NCBI GenBank assembly: GCA_035537395.1
Contig: DATLME010000114.1
Span: forward strand, 1-52,923
Direction: 5' to 3'
DNA length: 52,923 bases
From: Sphingomonas sp.
GTDB taxonomy: Bacteria; Pseudomonadota; Alphaproteobacteria; Sphingomonadales; Sphingomonadaceae
The translations under genes and the position numbers were made by a program. Below, piece after piece: positions 20,228 through 28,612 of this stretch. The number at the start of each line of letters is the position of its first letter. The stretch's first letter is position 1. The notes beneath the pieces are model-generated. The model did not search any database, had not been told where the DNA came from, and saw only the letters and a list, made by a program, of their open reading frames with translations.

Positions 20228-20927
20228 GACCGCCTTCAAGCGCCAGCGCGCGGCGTTCCAGGACCTGCTCTACCAGCAGGAGATCCGGCCGGGCTCGGCG
20301 GCGGCGGGCGACACCGGCGCCAAGGTTCCCGCCGGGATCCAGATCGGCTCGGGGGTCAAGACCGGCGGCATCTACCGCATCGTCGAACAGGGCGCCGCGA
20401 GCCAGACCGGCAATCGCTACGACCTGTCGATCGAGGGCCGCGGCTATTTCCAGGTGACGATGCCCAGCGGCGAGATCGGCTACACGCGCGACGGATCGTT
20501 CCAGCTCAACGACCAGGGCGAGCTCGTCACCTCCGACGGCTATGCGATCGAACCCGGGATCGTGATCCCCCCTGAGGCGGTCGACGTCTCGGTGTCGAAG
20601 ACCGGCGAGGTGCAGGTCAAGTTCGCCGACGCCACCGACATGCAGACGGTCGGCCAGTTGCAGCTCGCCACCTTCGTCAACGAGGCGGGGCTCGAGGCGC
20701 AGGGCGGCAATCTGTTCATGCCGACCGGCTCGTCGGGCTTGCCGACCGTCGCCAACCCCGGACAACCCGGCTTCGGCACCACGATGCAGGGCTTTATCGA
20801 GAGCTCGAACGTCAATCCCGTCTCCGAAATCACGTCGCTGATCACCGCGCAGCGGGCCTATGAGATGAACAGCCGGGTCGTGAAGACCGCCGACGAGATG
20901 CTGGCCACGTCCGGGCAGCTGCGGTGA
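20216..20927 (+). pseudogene. flgG: flagellar distal rod protein FlgG, 5'-truncated
   Basis: homology begins at NMNTTAFKRQRAAFQDLLYQ; YTRDGSF, ESSNVNPVSEITSLITAQRAYEMNS. Confidence 0.85.
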
Positions 20928-21358
20928 GCGCGCTCGCGGCGGTACTCCTCGCGAGCGGGGCGGCAGTGGCGCCGGACGCCGCGCCGGTGGCCGTGCTGGT
21001 GCGCGCGGTCGAACGCGGCGAGCTGCTCACCGCGGCGGACTTCGACCACGAGCCCCGGCCGGTCGGTCGCGCGACGGGTGCGGTCGCGGCACCCGCGGCC
21101 GCCGGGCGTGAGCTGGTCCGCGCCTTGCCGGCCGGCTCGGTGGTGCGTGCCAGCGACCTCATCGCGCCGCGCCTGGTCCGCCGCGGCGAGCCGGTGTCGA
21201 TCACCCTGCGGTCGCGGGGCCTCGTGATTGCCGCAGCCGGCCGCGCGCTCTCCGCGGGAGGGCTCGGCGATCTCGTCCGCGTCGTCGCCACCACCACCAA
21301 CCGGACCTTCGACGCGATCGTAGAGGGCAGCGGCACGGTGCGGCTGGGCTCGCCATGA
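20924..21358 (+). CDS. flgA: flagellar P-ring formation chaperone
   Basis: SAF-like region, LVRRGEPV, GRALSAGGLGDLVRV; between flgG and flgH. Confidence 0.85.
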   Translation: MSALAAVLLASGAAVAPDAAPVAVLVRAVERGELLTAADFDHEPRPVGRATGAVAAPAAAGRELVRALPAGSVVRASDLIAPRLVRRGEPVSITLRSRGLVIAAAGRALSAGGLGDLVRVVATTTNRTFDAIVEGSGTVRLGSP

Positions 21359-21375
21359 CCCGGTTTGCGGAGAAG

Positions 21376-22119
21376 ATGATGACGCCCCGTTCGACCCTGT
21401 TGCCATTGCTCGCGATCGCCACGCTGTTGCCGGCGTGCGGCACGATCGACCAGCTGAAGACGCTCGGCCGCGCGCCGCCGCTCAGCAAGACCGAGGCGGT
21501 CGACTCCCCCGATCTCGAGGAGTCGCTCGGCCAGCACCGGCGCGGCGCCGGTCCGGCGCCGGTAGCGGCGGCGGCGGCAAGCGCATCGCTGTTCCGCGCG
21601 GGCGCGGGCGCCTTTCTCGGCGATCAGCGCGCGGCGCGGGTCGGCGACATCCTCACCGTACGGATCAACGTCGCTGACAAGGCGGACATCGGCAACTCGA
21701 CCGCGCGCTCGCGCGGCGGCGACGAGACCGCGGGCGTCACCAGCCTGCTCGGTCTCGAAAAGCTCCTGCCAGGCGATCCCGCCACGCTCGCGGCGACCAA
21801 CTCGACCTCGGAATTCAACGGCAGCGGGACGATCAGCCGCAGCGAGACGATCAACCTGACGATGTCGGGGATCGTCACCGCGGTATTGCCCAACGGCAAC
21901 CTGACGATCCGCGGCCGCCAGGAGATCCGCGTCAACTACGAGCTGCGCGAGCTGATCGTCACCGGCATCGTGCGGCCGCAGGACATCGCGCGAGACAACA
22001 GCATTCGCCACAGCCAGATCGCCGAGGCGCGGATCAGCTATGGCGGTCGCGGCCAGCTCAGCCAGGCGCAACAGGCGCGCTGGGGGCAGCAGATCTACGA
22101 CGCGCTTTTCCCGTTCTGA
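21376..22119 (+). CDS. flgH: flagellar L-ring lipoprotein
   Basis: lipobox LPAC, DQRAARVGDILTV, VLPNGNL, GIVRPQDI, IAEARISYGGRG. Confidence 0.93.
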   Translation: MMTPRSTLLPLLAIATLLPACGTIDQLKTLGRAPPLSKTEAVDSPDLEESLGQHRRGAGPAPVAAAAASASLFRAGAGAFLGDQRAARVGDILTVRINVADKADIGNSTARSRGGDETAGVTSLLGLEKLLPGDPATLAATNSTSEFNGSGTISRSETINLTMSGIVTAVLPNGNLTIRGRQEIRVNYELRELIVTGIVRPQDIARDNSIRHSQIAEARISYGGRGQLSQAQQARWGQQIYDALFPF

Positions 22120-22157
22120 CCAAGGCGGGGCGCGCGTATGCGAAGCCCGTCCTGAAA

Positions 22158-22252
22158 CGTCATGCCGGGCTTGTTCCGGCATCCACGGTGCCGCGTGTTC
22201 CCAAGCCGCTGCGTGCGGATGTCGCCGGATGCCGGAACAGGTCCGGCTGACG
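22158..22252. repeat. CGTC-type REP/RIME-like palindromic element
   Basis: CGTCATGCCGGGCTTGTTCCGGCATCC ... GGATGCCGGAACAGGTCCGGCTGACG. Confidence 0.7.
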
Positions 22253-22288
22253 GGGGTGGCGAAACGCGTGCGGTCGACCGCAGATGCG

Positions 22289-22304
22289 CTAACCTTCTGC
22301 TAAC
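22289..22304 (+). promoter_or_regulatory. CtrA-box-like site upstream of flagellin
   Basis: CTAA-N7-CTAAC versus consensus TTAA-N7-TTAAC. Confidence 0.5.
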
Positions 22305-22446
22305 CATCAAAGTTCTGGACGCCGCGACCGCCGGGCCGGGTTTCTTCCCAGAATAAGGCACGCGCTGGCTGATCCATGCGCGTCGGCGGACCGCCGGACG
22401 GATCCACGGCCGCAGAAGCAGCCGATCTACGAGAAGGACTTCACTC

Positions 22447-23337
22447 ATGGCATTGTCGGTCAACACCAACAACGGCGCCTCGGCCGCGCTCCAGTCGCTC
22501 AACGCGACCAACCGCAACCTCGACCGGGTGCAGAGCCGCATCAACACCGGCCTCAACGTGTCGTCGACCAAGGACGATTCCTCGGCCTACACGATCGCGC
22601 AGGGCCTGCGCGGCGATCTCGGCGAGCTGAAGGCGGTCACGTCGTCGCTGAGCAGCGCCAAGAGCGTCACCGATGTCGCGGTCGCCGGCGCCGAGCAGAT
22701 CTCGGACGTCGTCAACCAGATGAAGGCGCTCGCCAAGCAGGCCGCCGACACCACGATCAGCGCCGAAACCCGCAAGGCGTATAACGACGACTTCGTGGCG
22801 CTGCGCAAGCAGATCACGACGATCATCAACTCGTCCGAGTTCAACGGCACCAATCTGCTGAAGAATGGCGGCGGCACGGTCGGCGCGCTGCAGTCGCTGC
22901 AGGACAAGTCGGCAACCCCGGGCACCACCTCCTACGTTGCCGACACGCTCGACGTCGCCAACCAGGATCTGACCCTGCCGGACACCGAAGTCGCGGGTAG
23001 CGCGACCGACGCAACGGTCGGCCGGCTCGGCGCGGATTCGCAGATCGACACCGCGGCAAAGGCGTCGCTGATGGTCAGCACGCTCGAGACCTACGCCAAG
23101 AAGGTCGAGACCTCGCTGAGCACGCTCGGTTCGGCATCGCGCCAGATCGACAACCAGATCACCTTCACCAGCAAGCTGTCCGACACGATCGAGAGCGGCA
23201 TCGGCAATCTGGTCGACGCCGATCTGGCCAAGGAATCGGCCAAGCTCCAGGCGCTGCAGGTCAAGCAGCAGCTCGGTGTCCAGGCGCTGTCGATCGCCAA
23301 TCAGGCGCCGCAGACGATCATCTCGCTGTTCCAGTAA
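22447..23337 (+). CDS. flagellin (short, Caulobacter Flj-like)
   Basis: MALSVNTN...RINTGLNVSSTKDD; GNLVDADLAKESAKLQALQVKQQLGVQALSIANQAPQ. Confidence 0.95.
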   Translation: MALSVNTNNGASAALQSLNATNRNLDRVQSRINTGLNVSSTKDDSSAYTIAQGLRGDLGELKAVTSSLSSAKSVTDVAVAGAEQISDVVNQMKALAKQAADTTISAETRKAYNDDFVALRKQITTIINSSEFNGTNLLKNGGGTVGALQSLQDKSATPGTTSYVADTLDVANQDLTLPDTEVAGSATDATVGRLGADSQIDTAAKASLMVSTLETYAKKVETSLSTLGSASRQIDNQITFTSKLSDTIESGIGNLVDADLAKESAKLQALQVKQQLGVQALSIANQAPQTIISLFQ

Positions 23338-23385
23338 ACCGACGTCGGCACCGCCGGCAACTCCCCCGACGTCGGCGGGATCGCC

Positions 23386-23425
23386 AAGCCGGGACGGGCC
23401 ATTGCCCGTCCCGGCTTCCTTTTTC
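23386..23425 (+). terminator. intrinsic terminator after flagellin
   Basis: perfect 14-bp stem AAGCCGGGACGGGC/GCCCGTCCCGGCTT followed by CCTTTTTC. Confidence 0.85.
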
Positions 23426-23638
23426 TCCGACACCGAAACCGGCGGGGTAAAAAGCGTCGATGGACCGCTGCGGAAGAATTTCCCGCGATCCCGATACGTT
23501 AATCCGAGAATATCGTAGCCAAACCGCCGCCGGTTCCATATTCATGGGCGAGTGTCAGAATTCACTTGTAAAGTGTGACCGTTTCGGTGGTATGGTTGCG
23601 TCCGATCGGTCCGAAACGGCAGCGCGGACCTCGGGAGA

Positions 23639-24019
23639 ATGACAGTGGAGACGGGCTATCTATTGACCCTATCGCTCTCGGTGGAAAACGCCTCGTCGCT
23701 GTGGGAAGCCGCGGCCGCACTCGCGATGACGGCGCCCGGGATGACGATGGACGACGTCGTGGATACGATCGGCCCACGCACGATGCCCAGCATCGACGAC
23801 TGCCTGACACTGCTGCTGCAGCCCGAACGCTTCGCGGGGTGCGCGCTCCACTCGATCGACATCATGCGCCCTGGCGCGACGCCGACCGCGATGACGAAGA
23901 CGCCGCGTCTCGCCCCCACGATCCGCCATGACGACCAGCATCGCTCGTTCGATATCCGCCGCGGCCCCCACCCCGCCGCCACCCTCGCGGCGTTGAAGGC
24001 GGCGGCGCGGCTCGACTGA
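23639..24019 (+). CDS. hypothetical protein
   Basis: GGGAGA RBS; balanced, protein-like composition compared with overlapping frames. Confidence 0.6.
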   Translation: MTVETGYLLTLSLSVENASSLWEAAAALAMTAPGMTMDDVVDTIGPRTMPSIDDCLTLLLQPERFAGCALHSIDIMRPGATPTAMTKTPRLAPTIRHDDQHRSFDIRRGPHPAATLAALKAAARLD

Positions 24020-24040
24020 GCTTCCGGCCCGCCCGCGCGA

Positions 24041-24433
24041 TCACGCGCGCGTCGCGGCTACCTCGACCAGCAACACCGAACGCACCGCGTCGGCGCGGCC
24101 GTGCAGCGTCGCTTGCAGATCCGCGGCAAGGCGGCGCGCGTCGACCGGTGAGAACGGGCTGGCGTGAAGCCGTGCGAACTCGCTCGTCGTCGCGAGCGAC
24201 GCCTCGCGTAGCGCGGGGAGCGCCGCCTGCAGCCGCGCCGCACCCGCTTCGTCGGCCGCGCGCAGCACGATCTTGATCCGCAGCCGGCCGTCGGCGCGGT
24301 CGCCCTCGACGATCGGGACGTCGAGCCCGGCCATCGTCACGAGGTGCAGACCCTCCCCGGCTTCGGCGCCCGGCGCGACCGCCCCGTGCGAGGCGGCGAC
24401 GGTCGCGACGACAACGTAAAGGGGAGATCGCAT
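24041..24433 (-). CDS. FliL-like flagellar basal-body-associated protein
   Basis: N-terminal hydrophobic segment, beta-strands (LDVPIV...LRIKIVL), P.LRE helix and terminal VRSVLL as in FliL; flagellar context. Confidence 0.5.
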   Translation of the reverse strand: MRSPLYVVVATVAASHGAVAPGAEAGEGLHLVTMAGLDVPIVEGDRADGRLRIKIVLRAADEAGAARLQAALPALREASLATTSEFARLHASPFSPVDARRLAADLQATLHGRADAVRSVLLVEVAATRA

Positions 24434-24526
24434 CGCCTACTCCGCAGAACCCGGCAAAGCACGACGCCGCGTCGGCGGGTCGCCTGCCACACCTATAATA
24501 GGAGGAAAGCCAGGACCCCGAGCACG

Positions 24527-24784
24527 ATGAGCCACGATCAGAAGCCCGCGCGGGTACGCGTCGTCCGCAATGCAGCGAACCCGCCGCTGCGCCGCCGCAA
24601 CGATCCGCCGCTCGCGAGCATCGTGATCGACGCCGACGCGGTTGCGCAGACGGCGGCGCCGGCCCCCGACATCCCGGCGACGTCCGTTACCGGCGCGAGG
24701 CGCGACATGCTGGTCGGGGTCGCGCTGTTTCTGATCGGGTCGGTCGGCGCGGCGGTCGCGGTGACGATGCTGGTGCGGCCATGA
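24527..24784 (+). CDS. small hypothetical protein with C-terminal TM helix
   Basis: ends LVGVALFLIGSVGAAVAVTML; ATGA overlap with the next gene. Confidence 0.55.
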   Translation: MSHDQKPARVRVVRNAANPPLRRRNDPPLASIVIDADAVAQTAAPAPDIPATSVTGARRDMLVGVALFLIGSVGAAVAVTMLVRP

Positions 24785-26526
24785 TCCGGATGCTCTCGGC
24801 CGCGATCGTCGCCGCGCAACCAGCGACCCTGCCTGCGCCGGTCACGCCCCCACGCGTCGCCGGCTTCGCCGCCGCGCTCGCGGAGCAGCCGCTGGCCTGG
24901 GGTACCAAGGCGTGGCCGCAACGCAGCGACGCCGCGGGCTGGGCGGCGCTTGCGGCAGCGACGCCGTCGAGCCGGCAGGCGACGCGCTGGGCGATGGCGC
25001 AAAGCCTCATCGGAAAGACGCGCGCCGCCGAAGCGATCGGCGTGCTCGACGTGATGGCAAGCGACGATCCCGACCTCGCGCTGGTGCCGGCGTGGCGACG
25101 CGCGCGCGGTGTCGCGCTGGCGATGCTGGAGCGTCCCGTCGAAGCGACGGCGGCCCTCGCCGACGAGCGTCTCGCCGCCGATCCCGAATCCTGCCTGTGG
25201 CGGCTGCGCGTCGCGCTTCCCGCCAGCGCGGTTCGCGATCTCGGTTGCGCGATGCCCGCGCTGGCGACGCGGCCTGCTCCGCTGCGCCGGCCGTTCCTGC
25301 TCGCGGCGGCGGGCGCGGCGATCGAGGCGCGACGGGTACAGCCTGCGCTCGGCTGGCTTGCGGCGCTCCCCGCGAGCGACGGCGCGGCGAACCTGCTCCG
25401 CGCGCAGGCATTGCTGACGGCCGGACAGGGCGATCGAGGGCGGCTGTTGCTCGCGCGCGTCATTCGGTCGGGCCGGCCCGGCGAGCGCGCCGCGGCGCAG
25501 CTGGCGCTCGTCGAGGCCGGGCTCGCGGCGGGGACCATGACGCCCGCCGTCGCGCTTGACCGGCTCGCCGACCTGCGCTTCGCCTGGCGCGGCGATGCGG
25601 TCGAGCGCCAGGCGCTCGCGCTGTCGGTGCGGCTGGCGACCGATCTCGGCGACGGCCCGGCCGCGCTGGCCGCGGGCGCGGTGCTGTTCCGCTATTTCGA
25701 TCTCGGCGCCGAAGCGGGCGCACTCGTCGCGACGATGCAGCAGACGCTCGCCGCCGCGCTCGCCTCGGCCACGCAACTGCCCCTTCCCCGCGCGGCCGGC
25801 ATGTTCTGGGACTATCGCGATCTGGTGCCGGCCGGGATCGACGGCGATCGGCTCGTTGAGGCGCTCGCCGCCCGCCTGCAGCGCGCCGGGCTCTATGCGC
25901 GTGCCGCGGACCTGCTCGGTCACCGTCTGTCGGCGCGCGCGGAGGATATCGAAAAAGGTCCGCTGTCCGTCCGCGTGGCCAGCCTGTTCATCCTCGCCGG
26001 GAAGCCCGACCACGCAATCCGTGTGCTCCGCGAGAGCGAGGCGATCGTCTATCCCGCCGAGATGCGCGCCGATCGCCGCCGCGTCGAGGCGGCCGCGCTC
26101 GATCTGCTCGGCCGGTCCGCCGAGGCGCTGGCGACGATCCAGGACGTCGACGACGTCGCGGGGCTGCGCGCCGAGATCCTGTGGCGCGCGCGCGACTGGC
26201 CGGCGCTCGCGGCGGCGCCCGCGCCCCCGGTGCCGCGCAACGGCCGGCTGACCGAGGTCGCACAGGCGGTGGTGCTGCGGCATGCCATCGCGCTTGCGAT
26301 GCTCGGCCGCGAGCCCGAACTCACCGTGCTCAACGCGCGCTACGCCGCGGCGTTCGCGCGGCTGCCGACCGCGGCGACCTTCGCGATGCTGACCGGGCAG
26401 GTCGGCACGGTCGAGCCGGACACCCTCGGCTGCGCGATGGCGAGCCTGCCCGCAGCGAGCCCGGCGGGGGCGATCGGCGATCTCATCGCGGCCGGCGATG
26501 CGGCACTCGGCAAAGCCGCACGCTGA
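24781..26526 (+). CDS. helical-repeat (TPR-like) protein, probably flagellum-associated
   Basis: Ala/Leu-rich paired helices; LRFAWRGD..ER motif; sits at the cluster edge. Confidence 0.6.
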   Translation: MIRMLSAAIVAAQPATLPAPVTPPRVAGFAAALAEQPLAWGTKAWPQRSDAAGWAALAAATPSSRQATRWAMAQSLIGKTRAAEAIGVLDVMASDDPDLALVPAWRRARGVALAMLERPVEATAALADERLAADPESCLWRLRVALPASAVRDLGCAMPALATRPAPLRRPFLLAAAGAAIEARRVQPALGWLAALPASDGAANLLRAQALLTAGQGDRGRLLLARVIRSGRPGERAAAQLALVEAGLAAGTMTPAVALDRLADLRFAWRGDAVERQALALSVRLATDLGDGPAALAAGAVLFRYFDLGAEAGALVATMQQTLAAALASATQLPLPRAAGMFWDYRDLVPAGIDGDRLVEALAARLQRAGLYARAADLLGHRLSARAEDIEKGPLSVRVASLFILAGKPDHAIRVLRESEAIVYPAEMRADRRRVEAAALDLLGRSAEALATIQDVDDVAGLRAEILWRARDWPALAAAPAPPVPRNGRLTEVAQAVVLRHAIALAMLGREPELTVLNARYAAAFARLPTAATFAMLTGQVGTVEPDTLGCAMASLPAASPAGAIGDLIAAGDAALGKAAR

Positions 26527-26598
26527 TCGGCCGCACCCTATCGACTTCCGCCGCACGGGACGCGACAGTCCGCGCTACACAGCAGCGGGACGCGAACC

Positions 26599-27762
26599 AT
26601 GCCGCATTATGGCGACTATCAGACGATGATCTACGGGGCGGGGCTGAGCGGCGTCGTGCCGAAGCTGCCGGTCGACTTCGCGACGCTCGAGGCACGAGGG
26701 AGCGCCGCGCTGCCGCAATCGGTGCTCACCTATGTGCAGGGCGGCTGCGGCGACGAACATACCCAACGCCACAACGCCGACGCGTTCCGCCACTGGGGCA
26801 TGGTGCCGCGGATGATGGTCGACTGCACGAAGCGCGACCTGTCGATCGAGTTGTTCGGCATGACGTTGCCGACCCCGATCTTCATGAGCCCGATCGGGGT
26901 GACGGGGATGTGCACCCAGGACGCGCACGGCGATCTCGCCGCAGCGCGCGCATCGGCGATGACCGGCGTTCCGCTGATGGCGTCGACGCTGTCGAACGAT
27001 CCCCTGGAAGACGTCGCTCGCGCCGCTGGCGATACCCCCGGCTTCTTCCAGCTCTACACGCCGAAGAACATGGCGCTGGCCGAAAGCCTCGTCCATCGCG
27101 CCGAGGCTGCCGGGTACAAGGGCATCGTCGTCACGCTCGACACCTGGGTCACCGGCTGGCGACCACGCGACCTCAATACCGCCAACTTTCCGCAGCTGCG
27201 CGGCCACGTCCTGCAGAATTACTTCGTCGATCCGGTATTTCGTGGAACGCTCGCCAAGTCGCCGGAGGAGGATCCGCGCGCCGCGATCGGGCAATGGGGC
27301 GCCACTTTCGGCAAGGTGCTCACCTGGGACGATATGGCGTGGCTGAAGTCGCTGACCTCGCTGCCGATCATCCTGAAGGGGATCTGCCACCCCGACGATG
27401 CCAGGCGCGCGGTCGATAGCGGCGCGGATGCGATCTATTGCTCGAACCATGGCGGCCGCCAGGCCAATGGCGGGATCGCGGCGATCGACATGCTGGCGGA
27501 CGTCGTCGCGGCTGCGGGCAAGGTGCCGGTGCTGTTCGATTCAGGGATCCGCAGCGGCACCGATGTCGTGAAGGCGCTTGCGATGGGCGCTGCCGCGGTC
27601 GGGGTCGGCCGCCCCTATCTCTATGGTCTGGCGCTGGACGGAGCTGAGGGCGCGGCGCACGTATTGCGCTGCATCCTCGCCGAGGCGGATCTGCTGATGG
27701 CGGTCAACGGCTATCCCCGCATCGCCGACGTGCGCGCCGCGGGGGTGCTGCGCCAGGCCTGA
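26599..27762 (+). CDS. FMN-dependent alpha-hydroxy acid oxidase (lactate 2-monooxygenase-like)
   Basis: LKGI, SNHGGRQ, DSGIRSGTDVVKALAMGA, GRPY. Confidence 0.92.
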   Translation: MPHYGDYQTMIYGAGLSGVVPKLPVDFATLEARGSAALPQSVLTYVQGGCGDEHTQRHNADAFRHWGMVPRMMVDCTKRDLSIELFGMTLPTPIFMSPIGVTGMCTQDAHGDLAAARASAMTGVPLMASTLSNDPLEDVARAAGDTPGFFQLYTPKNMALAESLVHRAEAAGYKGIVVTLDTWVTGWRPRDLNTANFPQLRGHVLQNYFVDPVFRGTLAKSPEEDPRAAIGQWGATFGKVLTWDDMAWLKSLTSLPIILKGICHPDDARRAVDSGADAIYCSNHGGRQANGGIAAIDMLADVVAAAGKVPVLFDSGIRSGTDVVKALAMGAAAVGVGRPYLYGLALDGAEGAAHVLRCILAEADLLMAVNGYPRIADVRAAGVLRQA

Positions 27763-27769
27763 TGCGGCG

Positions 27770-28036
27770 CTAGAGAACCACGGTCTCCGGCTTGGCGCCG
27801 TCGAGCGCGGCGAGCACCATCTGCTCCCAGATGCGGGGATCGCCGGCATGCGCCATCGCCGCATCCGGCTCGCGCAGGGTGCGCAGGACCGCCAGCGCGT
27901 CCGGCAGATGATCCTTCCAGGCGGCATCGATGCTGCGCGCGGCGGATTCCTGATCGCCATCGGCGTTCGCGCTGATCCTCTGCGCGGTTAGCACGCGGGC
28001 GATGCGCTCGACGAGTGGCGTGGTCGATACGTCCAT
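27770..28036 (-). CDS. hypothetical protein
   Basis: GAGGAG RBS; 88 aa, helical. Confidence 0.7.
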   Translation of the reverse strand: MDVSTTPLVERIARVLTAQRISANADGDQESAARSIDAAWKDHLPDALAVLRTLREPDAAMAHAGDPRIWEQMVLAALDGAKPETVVL

Positions 28037-28072
28037 GAAGAGCTCCTCGGATTTCGGGTCGTCGGGCGCCGG

Positions 28073-28240
28073 TCAGGCGTTGTCGGTCAGTGACGACTTG
28101 CGCGGCGGGGCGTCCTCGCCCTCGGTGCTCGGCTGTCCGCGATCCAGCGTATCGCTGGGACGGCGCGCGTCGCCATCATGCTGATGCTCGGTCGACAGAT
28201 TGGGCTTGTCGGTGACCTCGGTGGGCTTGGTATCGTCCAT
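28073..28240 (-). CDS. small acidic hydrophilic protein
   Basis: AGGAGGAG RBS before ATG 28240; ECF promoter upstream. Confidence 0.65.
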   Translation of the reverse strand: MDDTKPTEVTDKPNLSTEHQHDGDARRPSDTLDRGQPSTEGEDAPPRKSSLTDNA

Positions 28241-28262
28241 GTCGCGCTCCTCCTGCGATGGT

Positions 28263-28288
28263 AACGGCGAGGTCCGCATCGGTGTTCC
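28263..28288 (-). promoter_or_regulatory. EcfG/SigT-type promoter
   Basis: exact GGAAC-N17-CGTT. Confidence 0.7.
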
Positions 28289-28315
28289 AACGAGCCACAA
28301 CAATCATCGCGCGCC

Positions 28316-28341
28316 GGAGCCTTCGCGACCGGTCGATCGTT
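28316..28341 (+). promoter_or_regulatory. degenerate EcfG/SigT-type promoter, divergent from the previous one
   Basis: GGAGC-N17-CGTT. Confidence 0.5.
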
Positions 28342-28378
28342 CCCCTGATACGATCATGCCCCGATCAGGAGACCGACG

Positions 28379-28609
28379 ATGCCGAGCGACCGCGACCAGA
28401 CCTCCGCCGAAGAACTGGGCGAGCGCCCCGAAAACGCCTCCGGCCGCAATGGCGGCGGCGAAAGCGGCGGCGGTGCCTTCAAGGATCCGTCGCTGGTACC
28501 GACCAAACCCGGCAGCTACGATGGCGGGCAAAGCCGTCGCGAATATCATGGCGGCGGCGATGTGAAGGATGGCGACGGCAACGACAATGCGGTCGCCGAT
28601 CACGACTAG
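28379..28609 (+). CDS. small Gly/Asp-rich hydrophilic protein
   Basis: AGGAGA RBS; GGGESGGGAF...DGGQSRREYHGGG. Confidence 0.65.
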   Translation: MPSDRDQTSAEELGERPENASGRNGGGESGGGAFKDPSLVPTKPGSYDGGQSRREYHGGGDVKDGDGNDNAVADHD

Positions 28610-28612
28610 CCG

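Noticed and set aside
20190-20239. ORF-track starts giving full-length-looking FlgE (MKAVVFML) and FlgG (MYPTVLMLV)
   Set aside because: These N-termini are just the antisense reading of the opposite gene and do not match rod/hook N-terminal helices
22355-22371. Sigma-54-like GGCACG...GC upstream of flagellin
   Set aside because: GG-to-GC spacing is 9 nt instead of the invariant 10
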